Shown here piece by piece: positions 40,691-54,979 of a stretch of 64,000 bases of DNA. The stretch comes from the human T2T-CHM13v2.0 reference genome, Homo sapiens. Positions within the stretch are counted from its first letter, which is position 1. Each line of letters starts with the position of its first letter. The notes under the pieces are model-generated. The model saw only the letters and a program-made list of their open reading frames with translations. It searched no databases and was not told the DNA's origin. The position numbers and the translations under genes were made by a program. The stretch lies in NCBI RefSeq assembly GCF_009914755.1, contig NC_060936.1. The stretch is one strand, 5' to 3'.

Positions 40691-42534
40691 ATTCTACATC
40701 CTTTTTTGGGATGGTTTAGTTGCCAACTGGGGATAAAATAAATGGTCTTTTGAAATTCTTTCCATTGCCTGGATTCTATTCTCCCTTATTTGATCCCAAT
40801 ATTGGCCTTAACACTGTTTAGCAATTTGTTATACTGAGAACATGGGTTAGGAAACAATACAATTTGATGAGTTTAATGTAAATTGTTTTCAAACTTAAGT
40901 TCTCACTCTTACTAGGTCACAAAATCTCAGTGAGAAGGCACCTCAGAGTTCATCCGGTACAAGTCAAGTCCAGTGTGTAATTCAATCTGTCTTTCTCCTG
41001 TCTTTCAGCAAATATTTAGTAGCACTATGCGTTAAGCAGTGTATATACAGCAGTGAGTAACACAGACCAGCCCCTGCTATCATGAAGCCTTTTCCTTGTT
41101 GCCGCTGCTCTCTTCTGCATTTTATAGCTGCTCATTCGGTGGAGTAGGATAGACTCTAGCTAATAAAGGAAAGAGAAAAGGCCAAACCATTTCAAAGACT
41201 CTCTTTTACATAGCTTATTAAGAACCCCCTGTTGAATGGTTGACATCTAAGGCAGTAATTGGGTACATAAAATTCGATCTTAGTGCTTTGCCCTTAGTCT
41301 GTGGTCTTATTAGCGAGTTTAAATGCATTTTCCCCGTGTGGCTTAAAGATTGTTAAAGATCTAGAAATACTTTTTGACTCGTCTGAGCAGACAGGAAGAC
41401 AGATGGACTTAGAGAGTAATGGTTGGCAAGAACATGCTGTTAGTAGCTTGATTTGAAGGTGGTGCTGAGAAGGATCTTAGAGATTTCAGTGGGTGTCTGA
41501 GACAGGATTTACTTAGAAAGGGAAAAAGAAAGTGACTGTAGAGACAGCCCAGGGAGTATGACATCACTGCAGGAGCAGAGTGGGAAGGCCGGGAAGAATA
41601 GTGTGAAATAACACCTACCAAAACATACGCCAGAAGACAGGCAAAGCCCCCATGCAAGAATGCCACTTGTTGCCTAAAGCACCCTGTGCATTTTGTTACT
41701 TTGCCTCCGTGTAGATCTGTCTTATTTTGTCTTGTGTGTGGTTAGTGATACACTGATCTCTCTCCCTCCGTAAGAATGAAAGTGAGTCAGAGCAGGGAAC
41801 CGTGGCTTAGTCATCTTGGAATACCCCAGTACCTTGCTCACTGTCTCTTAGACAGAGTGGGCGGCCCAATAGGATAGAGGATCTAGAACTTTTTGATTGG
41901 GTAAAAGGCCTATACTTAGCAATAGTTTTTGAATAATAAATGAAGTTAGGGAGAAAAAAGCAGAAACGTGTCCTGTTCCAAGCAAGCTTGGAGGGAAGAA
42001 AATAGAGCAGTTCAGAGTTGTTTTTATTCTTTCAGAAGTCACTAGCTAAAATTAAAGAGCATCAAAAGATGAAAGCAGGGGGCCATTTGCCTTGTTTTAT
42101 CATAAGCAAAATCCTGATTTGTGGGGTTCGTTGCATAACCTGCTTCCCTAGGCCTACCCAGCCTGGAGTTAAAAACAGTAACCAAACAGAATTTGCTTTA
42201 GTTTGCCCCCAGTTTCCCCTACAAGAATTTCAGTTACCTTTGAATCTCTCCCTAATTGTTCTGGGAAGTCCAGGAGTTACTTCACTTGTATTCTCATCTT
42301 GGCCACCATCTGCCAGGAGCCACTTTCTTCTTCTCTGCTCAGCAGCTGAGAGGTTGCCAAGAAGCCAACAAGAGGCTTCTGATAAGTGTATGCAGGCATT
42401 AGGCATCCATTTTCAGTGTGCATTAAAGCCCACTGTTCTCCCACCCTCCATTGCAGATGTAGGCCCATATGATGACTTCTCAGTCCATCATTTCTTTCTG
42501 TACTACAGCATGCTCCAGTTCTTCTTGGTGAAAG

Positions 42535-42770
42535 ACAGTATTGTTAGGTGGTCAAGAGTGTGGATTTTAAATTCAGAGAGATGTACATAGAATCCTGGAT
42601 CTGCCATGTTTGAGCTATGTGTCCACAGGCAAGTTACACATCCCTTTTAAGCCTTAATTGGAGAAAATAATGACCATATCATTGGATCACTGTGATGATT
42701 GGATTAGATAATGTATGCAAAATGTTTACTAATTAGAAGAGCTCAATAAATGTTAATTATTTGTATTACT
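42535..42770 (+). mobile_element. MIR
   Basis: 'ggtcaagagtgtgga...gaatcctggatctgcca...ctcaataaatgtta'. Confidence 0.75.
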
Positions 42771-42859
42771 GCCATGAGTTACCTAGGTTACACAAAAGCA
42801 CTTCTTTGTGCTCTCAATATCTAAAGATTTTTTGTAAAAACAGCTCTTAAAATTTAAAA

Positions 42860-42975
42860 AAAAATTTGTTTATGGAAATGAGGTCTTATATTACTCAGGC
42901 TGGTCACAAAGTCCTGGCCTCAAGTGATCCTCCTGCCTTGACCTCCCAAAGTGCTAGGATTACAGGTGTGAGCCC
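42860..42975 (-). mobile_element. Alu left-monomer fragment (FLAM_C/AluJ-like)
   Basis: 'cctcaagtgatcctcctgccttgacctcccaaagtgctaggattacaggtgtgagcc'. Confidence 0.8.
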
Positions 42976-44474
42976 TCCAAGGAAACCAAATGGGGAATGA
43001 TCTGAATGATAATGTTATTACCCAAATGATCCTCTCCTCCAACCCTATCCCACTGTCTTCAAATGTATTCCCCTCAAATCTGTTCTTATAATGAGCTATT
43101 TCCTAGTGAGATCTTGAGTACTTCATGCCAACAGAGCTCTGAAGGGTCCCCTACAGTGAATCTCCAGATGGGGCCAGGCATGTTTGAATGGTAGTATGAA
43201 CACAGCTAAGATCTTTAACATCTAGGGAAAAATTTGGCAATAGCTAGATGGTAGGTGAAAATGTTAAGGAGGTAATGTAAAATAAGAAAAAAGGAAGAGA
43301 AATTCAAGTCCCCCAGGAAAGCAAGCCAAGACTCCATCATAGAGCATACTTTCTGGAAGTCAAAGGTTATCTTTTAATTTACATTTTCCCGCAGAAAATT
43401 AGTACATACAAGCAAAAAACCAAACAAATATGGCTTTACTGCATTCTGAGTAATATTCTTCAAAAAAATGCTGGCAGAAAAGCTGGGACGTGTTTTATGC
43501 CTTGGTCGGAAATGCGCATCATGATTCACCAGACACAATTCAATTCACTTTGAAATTATCCCCTCTTTTATGCCCTTCAATGGGAGAAAAAAATGAATCT
43601 ACTCAGTAATGAATGCACAGTCCATTATAGTTATTGTGTTCTTCTTGAAAAAAAAAATAACATGACAGCTTTATTCACTCCATGTGGCAAACCAAATTGC
43701 ATCAAGTAAAGTGCAAATAAGACAAACACTAAAATTGAATTTTTCCTTCCTCTTGTACCTAGAGGCATATGCTATGGCGGGAATGCATAAGTTAAAATGG
43801 CAATAATAATAATAACAGTGGAAAACCAAATGCAAATATTAAACTCAGTTAGAAAACTGATTCCAAGGGGCAGCAGTTTTCATGCTCCATCTGCTTGGAG
43901 AAAATTTCTTGTTAATCAGGTCTATAAATGAGTATGGGTGTTGGATTCTGTTCTCTGCTAAAGCCATAAAAATTTTCGTACAGCAATGCACCTTATCTGT
44001 TGAATCTGCTTTATTTTTTTAAGTTCCAAAGACCCCCAGGAAGTTTGCTAACTAATACCCCAGGGAAACTGGTCAAATGAATGCATGCTACTAGGTACTA
44101 TGGCAAACACTAATGGAGAAATAAATCAACTATTTCTTTTATTATTTTCTAATAAATTAGAAAATTTGACTTTTTAATTTAGATGTCAACTGAGGACTAT
44201 TCTTTATCACTATGCTGGTGAGGCCCAGTGAATATATTCATGGGAGAAAACCAGCTCACCAAATTCCAGTAATTTGCTTTAAGTATCCTTTGTGAAATTT
44301 CCTGTGCATGCTTAGATAATAGAAAATTCTCATGGGACTTTCTTTTCCTTGGTCTTGAAAACACATCTATTAAGACTAGTTCTGTTTTATTTCTATTGCT
44401 TTTATGTTGCAAGGCTTAATGGAACATGTGACTTAGATTAATATGCAATTTTTTAGAAAGCAAAAGGAGTATAG

Positions 44475-44799
<325 letters not shown>

Positions 44800-44824
44800 T
44801 TACTATTTGCTTTTAAATCATGAT

Positions 44825-45060
44825 GGAGAGCACAGGCTTTGGATTAAAATGGATGCCCTTCTGTTTAAAATCCAACTCTGCCAAGAGCTAGTTCTGTAAC
44901 CTTGGACAAGTTATTTAACCTCTTTAAACCTCGACAACCTATTCTGTAAAATAGGTGCAAGAGTTTCTTTCTCACAAGACTGTAAAGATGAAATTCACCT
45001 TAGTAAAGTAGCTGGCTCATAGTGAGTACTATACAAATGATAGCTGTTAACATTATTATT
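44825..45060 (+). mobile_element. MIR
   Basis: 'gagagcacaggctttgga...accttggacaagttatttaacctct...ctgtaaaatagg'. Confidence 0.8.
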
Positions 45061-45364
45061 AAGCATATTAATTTATGATTATTTATTCAGTTTTTTTGGG
45101 GGGGAATTGATTGACTTCACTCTAGGTGTAACCCAATAGATATAAATCTAAACAGACCAGTCATTGTTAAGGAAAAAAGCTCTTGCTAAGAGTGACTCTT
45201 TTAGTACAATGCTTGTGACATGCACATAAACAGGCAATGAACTGCCTCTAGGACAAAGGACCTCAAGCAGCTGGTTTCACACAGAGCAATCTAACTTTAT
45301 GCCACCGAAGGTTAGAATGCCCCTACATGCTCATCACAAACTTAGATGAAATAACAAACCAAAT

Positions 45365-45550
45365 AAATATCTACTTTGTGCCTTCTATGTGTCAGGCATT
45401 GTGTTAAGCACGTCACATATCTAATGACGCTATGATGTCTTCTCCCCATTTTATGGATAAAATCACTAAGCCTCAGAGATAATAAACAACTTGATTAAAG
45501 TTTCTCAGCTATAATGGTGGAGAGGGAATTGTGGTTTAAGCTGGGCTTGC
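45365..45550 (-). mobile_element. MIR
   Basis: 'ctatgtgtcaggcattgtgttaagcac...ccccattttatggat...gcctcagaga'. Confidence 0.7.
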
Positions 45551-45884
45551 ATTTTCCATTAGACCATATTTTGCTTTTCATAATGGGCAAGGTAAATTAC
45601 TCCACCTAAAGCAAAAGAGAGGTGCAGGAGGTGCATTTTCTTTAAGAACAAGGAGCGTGCATGGGGGCAGGAGGTGGGGGCTGATTCTGAGTATGCCTGC
45701 TGCTCCAAGTGTCCCCTGACCCACATCCATAGACTCAGGCCGCAGGCCACAATATGAGACTGAGGGAAACCCCAGGAGTTGTTTGGGTCACAGTCCAGGA
45801 GAGGCAGATGGAAGATGGGTGGAGACCTAGACCCTAGAACCACTCTGCATAGGTTTGTCTTCCCAGCTTTCCTATGGACATATT

Positions 45885-46060
45885 CGCTGACCTTGCACAA
45901 GTTACTTTAACTTGTCCTAGCCTCCAATTTTTTCATCTGGAAAGTGGGAGTAAAATACTACCTGCCTCCCAGGCTCTTATGATTATTAACTGACTTAATA
46001 CATACAAAGTGCTTAAAGAAAAGCCTGGAATCTAGTAAGTTCTCAAAAAATGTTATCTGG
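45885..46060 (+). mobile_element. MIR
   Basis: 'tgaccttgcacaagttac...tcatctggaaagtggg...aaagtgctta'. Confidence 0.75.
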
Positions 46061-47084
46061 TGCTGTTCTATGATGTATCAAGATTATGGCAGATAACAAT
46101 TTGACCTTGCTAAGTTTGTCTGGTATCCTTGCATTTCCTTGCCTGTCTCTGCTTGTCATTGGCATTTTCTGCCCTCAGGGATGTCACAGCTAAGGAGCCA
46201 ATAGCAGTAGGGCCTCCAGGGCCTCTGGGCAAAGTGAGCACAATCCTCCTCCCTTCCTGTCCCTCTCCAAAGCAAGGTCATGTTCCTCCTGGAGTAGGGC
46301 AAGGAGAAGAACGGGAAGGAAGCAAGGGAGGCAGATGCCGGTGTGTGTCACTCAAAAAGGGAGCAGGCTCTTTCCCTTACCTCTTAGCCAGAGCCCCCAG
46401 GAGGAGAGAAGGCTGGACAAAACAATCCGGATCAGTCCAGGGAATCTGGGAATAGAGGGCTTCTGTGCTCATTCAGAGACGGAGAAACAAGCAGGAGTCG
46501 GGAGACTTGCATGAACGGCCAGGTCATCCGTAGTAGGATTTCCCCCACACTCACCATGGGGCCAGTGATGAGGAAGAGCAGGAACCATCCTCAGATCTCT
46601 GAGGCTCTAGAGTGGCGTGCAGGTATCTGTCAGAGAGCTAGGTCTGAAAGGTCTTTAGGGTGGGAGTCAGGGGAGATGCATCCGCTGACTTTGTTGATGG
46701 TTGAGGACCCCAGAGAGGCCAAAGGACATCATTGTTTAGGAGACAAGGACTTAGTACTGCCTCCTCCCACCACCAGACAATGCAGAGGTAGTGTGTATTC
46801 CCTTGGAAACATATATGCAACTTGGGAAGAGGGCTCTAAATTCACCGAGTTTCTATCACCATTCAGAATGGGTGCTTAAAGTAGAACTTAAGTGAACTCG
46901 AAAGTCAAGAGAATTACATTGACTGCTCACTTGAGTGAAGTGTTACCCAGGGAAGCTGAAGCTATGGTGCTGATGGAAGATGCTGCCATGAGCAGGCAGC
47001 AGCATTTTGAGTGTGTATGCTGGCAGGTACCAGTGGCATGACACATGAGATTTTGTTTTGTCTTTGCTTGTAGGATATACTGAA

Positions 47085-47325
47085 ACTTTATCAAGTGGGA
47101 ACTCTATGCTAGGCACTGTGCTAACTTTTTAAACAGGATTATCTCGTTTCATTATCACAATCACACTGTGGGATAAATACTATTATTATCCTCAATTTAC
47201 TGAAGCTAAAATCAAGGCCTAGATAGATCAAGGTTAAGCTTCTAGTATGTGGTGGGACTGGGATTTGAGTCCAGCCATTCTGTTGCCAGAGCCTGTGCAG
47301 TTAAGTGCTGTGACGTCCTACCAGG
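47085..47325 (-). mobile_element. MIR
   Basis: 'ctatgctaggcactgtgcta...tactattattatcc...gggatttgagtccag'. Confidence 0.75.
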
Positions 47326-48097
47326 CTCAGACAATGCTTAAAGGCAGACTCTCTGGCAGACATTGGCATTGGCGGTAACAGGAGAACTCACCAAGGGGCA
47401 TGTGCAGCAGAGGTGGAATGCGAGGCTACCTCTTGGAGCCAGGATGACAAAGTTGCAGGTTGCACCGATTAAGTATTTAGGAGGAATTCAAAAGATAGCT
47501 GGAGTTCTGCTGAAGAGGGCCAAACCAGAAAAATAGTTATTTTGTCACTGCCATTGTAGTCTTATTTTTGTGTCTGGGCTGGTGTGGCTTAGAAAAGAGG
47601 GTATACAGTCAGCATCTCCACTTATTGCAAAGAAGGTAAATGGATGGCCCTTGGAAGAAGGCTTCGCTAAATGGTCTTTCAGCATCTAGTGTCGCTGATG
47701 AGATGTCTGATTCCAATCTGGTTCTCATTACTTTCTTGTTAACATAATTATTCTCACTGGGTTTTTATTTTAGGATCTTTTCTTACTTCCTTTTATTCTA
47801 AAATTCCCTAATGATGTGAGCAGTGTGAACTTCTTTCTCTCTGTTTGGTGTTCAGAGACCGTTTCAACCAGAATCATTAAATCTTTTTTCAGGCATGGGA
47901 CATGTTTTCTCATCTAATCCTTGGTATCACATATGCCATCCATTCTGACTTCTTTCTTTTTAGAACCCATTAGTTGCACATGGAATCCTTATGAATTAGC
48001 CCTCTAAGGATTTTCTGTTTTTTCCTTTCTTAATTTTCCATCTTGTTGTCATTATGCTTTATATCCTGGGAAATCTTGATTTTAACTTGTAGTGTAT

Positions 48098-51000
48098 TTT
48101 TATTAGTAGTACATAAGAAGTATTCATATTTGTTGATGTCCATGTGATATTTTGACATATGCATACAATGTGTAATGATAAAATCAATGTATTTAGGATA
48201 TCCATCACCTCACACATTTATCATTTCTTTGTGTTGGGAATATTTCAAATGTTCTCTTCTAGCTATTTTGAAATACATAATAAATTATCATTAACAAGCC
48301 ACACTACTTTGCTATTGAACACTAGAATTTATTCCTTCTCTCTAACTGTATGTTTCTATTCATTAACCAACCTCTCATCTTCCTCACTGCCACCCTACTC
48401 AACCTCTGGTAACCAGTATTCTAATCTCTACCTTCATGAGATCAACTTTTTAACCTCCCACATCTGAGAGAGAACATGCAATATCTGCCTTTCTGTTGCT
48501 GGCTTATTTCACTTAACATTATAACCTCCAGTTCCATCCATGTAACAAGATTTCATTCTTTTTTATGGCTGAATACTATTCAACTGGGTATTTACATCAC
48601 ATTTTCTGTATCCATTCATCCATCAGTGAACACTTAGATTGATTCCATATCTTTGCTACTATGAATAGCACTGCAGTAAACATGGGGATACAGATATCCC
48701 TTTGCTATGCTGATGCCCTTTCCTTTGGATAAATACTGAGTAGTGGGATTGTTGGATTGTATGGCATTCTATGTTTAGGTTTCTGAGAAATCTCCATATT
48801 GTTTTTTATAATGGCTGTACTAATTTACATTCCCATCAACAGTGTAAAAGAGTTACCTTCTCTCCATATTCTCAGCAGCATCTGTTATATTTTGTCTTTT
48901 TGCCAATAGCCATTCGAACTGGGGTGAAGTGATATCACATTGTGATTTTGAATTGCATTTTTCTGATGATTAGTGATGTTGAGCATTTTTTCATATACCT
49001 GTTGACCATTTGTGTGTCATCTTTTGAAAAATGTCTATTCAGATCCTTTGCCCACTTGTAATGGAATTATTGGGCTCTTTGCTATTGAGTTCCTTGTATG
49101 TTCTAGATATTAATCCCTTGTTGGATGCATAGTTTGCAAATATTTTCTCCTATTTAACAGGTTGTCTCTTCAATCTATTGATTCTTTTCCTTTGCTGTGC
49201 AGAAGCTTTTTAAGATTGTCCAATTTGTCTATTTTTGCTTTTGTTGCCTATGCTTTTGAGGTCTCAGCCATAACATCTTTTCCCTGAACCATGTTCTAAA
49301 GCATTTCCCCTTTGTTTTCTTCTAATGGTTTTAGAGTCTTGGGTCTTGTAGATCTTCAATCCATTTCTAGTTGATTTTTGTTTATAATGAGAGATATTGG
49401 TCTAGTTTCATTCTTCTGCATATGGATATTCAGTTTTTTCAGCACCATTTATTGAAGGGAGTGTCCTGTTCCCAATGTTTGTTCTTGGCACCTTTGACAA
49501 AAATCAGTTGGCTCTAAATATATACATTTATTTCTGGATTGTCTATTCTGTTTCATTGGTCTATGTCTCTGTTTTTATGCCAATACTATGCTCCTTTGGA
49601 TACTATAGCTTTGTAGTATATTTTGAAATCAAGTAATATGATTACCAGCTTTGCTCTTTCTGCTCAGTATTGCTTTGGCTATTCAGCATCTTTTGTGGTT
49701 CAATACAAATTTTAGAATTGTTTTTTTTCTCTCCATTTCTGTGAAAAATGTCATTGGTATTTTGATAGGGATTGCATTAAATCTGCATATTGTTTTGGGC
49801 AGTATGGTCATTTTAACAATATTAATTCTTCCAATACATGAACATCAGATATCTTTCAACTTGTTTGTGTCCCCTTCAATTTCTTTCATCAGTGTTTTAT
49901 GGTATTCACTGTAGAGGTCTTTCATATTCCTGATTAAATTTATTCCTAGGTATTTTTATTTAGAGCTATTTTAAGTTGGATTGCCTTCTTGATTTCTTTT
50001 TCAGCTAGTTCATTATTGGTGTATACAAAAGAGAAATGCTACTGATTTCTGTGTTTTGATTTTGTATCCTGCAGCTTTACTGAATTTATTTATCAGTTAT
50101 AAGAGTATTTTTGGTGGAGTCTTCAGGTTGTTTGATACATAAGATAATGCCATCTGCAAAGAGTGACCATTTAACTTCCCCTTTTCCAATTTGAATCCCC
50201 TTTATTTCATTCTCTTGCCTAATTGCTCTGGCTAGGACTTCTAGTACTATGTTGGGTAAGAGTTGTGAAAGTGGACATCTGTGTTTTGTTCCAGTTCTTA
50301 TAGGAAAGGCTTTCAGCTTTTACCCATTCAGTATAATGTTAGCTGTGGGTTTGTCATATATGGCCTTTATTATATTGAGGTATGTTTTCTCTATGCCTAA
50401 TTTGTTGAAAGTTTTTATCATCAAAGGATGTTGAACCTTATCAATTGCTTTTCGCACCTGTTGACATAATCATCTGGATTTTGTCCTTCTTTCTGTTGAT
50501 GTGATGTATTACATTTATTGATTTGTGATGTGGAACCATCCTTGCATCCCTGGGATAAATCTCACTGGATTATGTTGTATTACCTTTTTGATGTGTTGTT
50601 GGATTTGATCTGCTAGAATTTTGTTCTGGATTTTGCTTCTGTGTTTATAAGGAATCTTACTCTGTAGTTTTACCTTTTGGTGTGTTCTTATCTGGTTTTG
50701 ATATCAGGGTTATGCTGGCCTCATATAATGAGTTAGGAAGAATTTTATCCTCTTCAATTTTCAAAAGATTTTGAGAAGAACTGATGTTAATTCTTCTTTA
50801 TAAATCTGATAGAATTTAGCAGTCAACCATCCAGTCCTGGGCTTTTTTGTTGTTGTTGTTGTTTTCATTTTTTATTACTGATTCAATATCTTTACTCATT
50901 ATGAGTCTGTTTACTGTATCCTCCTGATTCAATCTGGGCAACTTCTATGTGTACAGGAATTTATCCATGTCTTCTAGGTTTTCCAATTTGTTAGCATATA

Positions 51001-54000
51001 TTCATAATAGTCTCTAATGATCCTTTATATTTCTGTGGTGTCAGTAGTAACATCTCCTTTTAGTTTCTGAGTATATTTATATGGGTCTTCTCTCTTTTAT
51101 TCTTGGTTAGTCTAGCAGTTTATCAGCTTTGTTTATCCTTTCAAAAAATCAACTTTTCATTTTGTTAATCCACTGCATTTTTTTAAGTCTCTATTTCATT
51201 TAGTTCTGCTCTGATCTTATTTCTTTCCTTCTGTTAATTTTGAGTTTGGTTTCTTTTTGCTCTTTTTAGTTCCTTAAGGTTAGCCATTAGGTTATTTGAA
51301 ATCTTTCCAATTTTTTATGTAGGTATTTATTGCTATAAACTTCCCTCTTAGCACTGCTTTTGCTGTATCCCACAAGTTTTGGTATGTTATGTTTACATTT
51401 TCATTTGTTTCAAGAAATTTTTTTTTCTTCTTAATTGACACAGTGGTTGTTCAGGAGCATGTTGCTTGATTTTCATGTATTTATACAGTTTCTAAAGTTC
51501 CTCTTGCTGTTGATTTCTAGTTTTATTCCACTGTGGTCTGAAAAGATACTTGATATAATTTCAATTTTTAAAACATTTTGAGACTTGTTTTGTGGCCAAA
51601 TATATGATCTAACCTGGGGAATGTTCCAAGTGCTGATGAGAAGAATGTGTATTCTGCAGCTGTTTGATAAAATGTTCTATAAACATCTGTTAGGTACACT
51701 TGGTCTATAATGCAGATTAAGCCTGATATTTCCACGCTGATTTTCTGTCTAGATGGTCTAATGCTGAAGGTGGAGGGTTAAATACCTCAACTATTGTTGT
51801 ATTGAGATTGATCTCTGCCTTTAGCTTTTACAATATTTGATTTATATGTCTGTGTAGTCTGGCATTGGGTGCATATTGTTATTAATATATTCTCTTGCTG
51901 AATTTATCCTTTCGTCATGGTATAATGGTATTCTTTGTCTCTTTTTATGTTTTATTGACTTGAAGTCTATTTTGTCTATTGTAAGTATCACTACTTCTAC
52001 ATGCTTTTGGTTCCCATTTTCATGGAAATTTTTTCCACCCCTTTACTTTTAATAAATGTGTGTCTTTACAGGTAAAATGAGTTTTCTGTAGGCAGTTGGG
52101 TCCCAGGTTTTTAAATTATTATTATTTCAGCCAGTCTATATCTTTTAATTGGGGAATTTAAACCATTTACATTCAAACTTGTTATTAATAGCTGAGGACC
52201 TACTCTTGTCATTTTGTTAATTGTTTTCTGATCATTTTATATATCTTTTGAATATATCATCCCATTCTCTCCTGGCCTATATGGTTTCTGCTGAGAAATC
52301 TGCTGAATAGCCTTATGGAGATTCCCTCATATGTGACTTGACACTTTTCTTCCACTGTTTTTAGAACATTCATTTTGTATCTGCCTTTCGACAGTTTGAC
52401 TATAATGTTCTTGGAGATCTTTTTGAGTTTAATCTTCGTTGGGAATTTTGAGCTTCCTATACCTGGATGTCTATATCTTTTGCAAGACTTGAGAAGTTTT
52501 TAGCTATTATTTCATTAAATAGGTTTCCTCTGCCTTTCCTCATCTCTTCTCCTTCTAGAACTCCCAAAATTCAAATATTTGGTCTCTTTATGGTGTCACA
52601 TATATCATGTAAGTTTCTTTTTTAGTCTTTTTTCGTCTGATTGAATTATTTCAAAAGCCCTATCTTCAGAAATTATTTCTTCTGTTTAATCTATTGTTAA
52701 AACTCTTGATTATATTTTTTATTTCACTAATTCCTCAGTTCCAGGACTTATGTTTGGTTCATTTTTATCATATCTATCTTTTTGTTGAATTTCTTATTCA
52801 GATCATAAATTGTTTTTCTGATTTCTTTGTATTTCTTATCTGTGTTCTCCTGTATCTCACTGAATTTCTTAAATGTTGTCATTTTGAATTCTTTTGCAAG
52901 AATTTCATAGATTTTCTTTTCTTTTGGGATTTATTGCTGAAGAATTATTGTGTTCCTTTGATTATGTCATTTACTTGCTTTTTTAATGTTTCTTTTGTCC
53001 TTACATTCATATCTGCACATCTAGCATAACAGTTGCTTCTTCCAATTGTACGGATTGGGTTTTGTAGAGAAAGAATTTTTTTTACAATAGAGATATCTAT
53101 AGTATTGGTTGAGTAGGGTGCTTTGGCTTTGATTCTGGGTGGCCACAGTAGTGGAGCCTCCATATGGTATCTTCGACTGTAATCAGTGTTAATGGAGTCT
53201 CTGACTTCCTCAGTGGCTTAGGTTGTGGTTATTAGTGGAGGCTGTGGCAAGGCTATGGTGAGGATGGGGATGTCAGGTGTGTTTGTTTTGGGGGATCCAA
53301 TGGTGGTGACAGTGGGCTGGGCCTGCTGAATCCTTGGGCCCTCAGCCTGTGTATGCAGGTGCCAGTGATGTTGGTTCTGGGTCTCAGGGCTCCAGGCAGC
53401 ATGCTGTTACCAATGATGGTAGCAGCAGGCCAGGTGAGTGGGTCCTTAGGTCCCTGAGTGGTGTGTATTGCATTAGCAGTGGCAGTAGAGGTGGCACATC
53501 AACTCTGGGGTTTCTGAGCAGCATATGCAGGCACCAGTCACGGTGATGGCAGGCTGGGTCCCTGGATATTGTGTGAATTCACTGGTGGTGGTGGGCAGGG
53601 CAGGCCTGTCCTCAGACCCCTAAACAGCACATGCGGACAGTGGCTGTGTGGAGGGTGGACCCATCTTCAGGCTCCCAAAAGGCATTTGCAGCTTCCAGTG
53701 GTCATGGGCAAGGTGGGTCAAACCCTACACCCCCAGACAACGCAAGCAGGTGCTGGTAGCGGTAGCGGTGCATGGGGCAGGCCTGTCCTGACATCCCTGC
53801 AGTGTGTGTGTGGGCCCTGGTTGTGGTGGGTGGAGTGGGTTAATCCCTAGGCCCCTGGACAATGTCCATAGGAACTATCAGTAGCGGGCAGAGTAGATCT
53901 GTCCTCAGACCCCCCAATGCTGCATGTGGGCACTGGTAGTGGTGGACAGGGAAGGTCAATTCCCAGGCCCTTGGACTGAGCTCTTAGGTGTTGGTGGTGA

Positions 54001-54975
54001 TGAGTGAGATAGGCCTGTCCTCAGGCCCCACAGTGGTGTGCAAGAGTGTTGGCTGCAGTGGGTGGGATACACCCCAGGACTCTGGATTGCACTCGGGTGC
54101 CAGCAGCAGGCATGGCAGGCCTGTCTTTAGGCCTGAGGATGGTACACGTCGGCACCAGCAGCAGTGGGTGGAATGGACCTGTCCTTGGGTCCTGGGATGG
54201 CACACAGGCAGACTGGCCCCCAGTCTCCTTAAAGGTACATGCTGGTGTGTGGCAGGCCTCCTATTGGAGAAGTCGGGGTTGCTGTCAGTGGCAGCAATGC
54301 TGGTTAGGCAACCCTTAGGCTCTAGGGAGAGCATGCTTTGGCTCCATTTGTCCCAGGTTCAGCCTCCCTGTTGCATTGCACCACCCATTTCCCAGGGTGT
54401 AAGATACTGTGTGGGCTAGAGTGCTGGGAACCTGGCTGCACTGCTGGGTCCAGCTGGCATCGCAACACCGCAACCCTCTGGGTAGATGTAGGGGAATCTC
54501 AGCAGGGTCAGGGATGTGAAGATGCAAGGGCTGTTGGGCTCCAGAGCAGGATGCAGTGTGGTGGGGGCTGGACTCTCAAAATAGCACTGTGCTGCAACTT
54601 GTTGGGTCTTGGGGTTTGTGTGGAACCCAGCATAAACCCCCTTTCTGGACCTGTGCTGTCTCATGCACTCAGGGCATCTTTCTTCAGCACTCTCAGTATC
54701 CATGAGGGCCGAGTGTCCTGTGGCCAGGATTGTAGGCATCCTCGATGTGAATATAGATTTTTAGGGAGCTCTCACTTAATTCTTCCCTACAATGGGAAGT
54801 TCCCTCTCATTCTGAGCCATTCCTGGCCAGGCCAGCTGCTTTGCCTTTCCTTCTGTCTCTTCTCTGCTGGGTTCCAATGTTCTCTTTTAGACATGTGGTT
54901 ATCTATCCCCTGTCTTCGTCCTTCTTTGTGGAAGAGGCAAATGCTGGGTACCTCTAATCAGCCACCCTGGAGCCC
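48098..54975 (-). mobile_element. Near-full-length L1MA (MA3/4-like); ORFs decayed; internal deletion near 52250
   Basis: L1MA-type 3'UTR at 48098-48480; continuous antisense ORF2 to about 52240; ORF1 remnant; GC-rich 5'UTR ending in a decayed GCCATCTTG motif (gccaccctgg, 54961-54970). Confidence 0.88.
53250..54250. repeat. Degenerate ~60-bp GC-rich tandem array in the L1MA 5'UTR
   Basis: Recurrent core 'ggcaggcctgtcctcag(a/g)cccc' near 53600, 53777, 53893, 54008 and 54114. Confidence 0.7.
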
Positions 54976-54979
54976 ACCT

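Noticed and set aside
42018-42590. 190-aa ORF
   Set aside because: Non-ATG start, no recognisable domain, and it runs into a MIR; consistent with a chance ORF.
46129-46879. 108-aa and 122-aa ORFs in a moderately GC-rich stretch
   Set aside because: No domain similarity or exon structure; not CpG-island-like.
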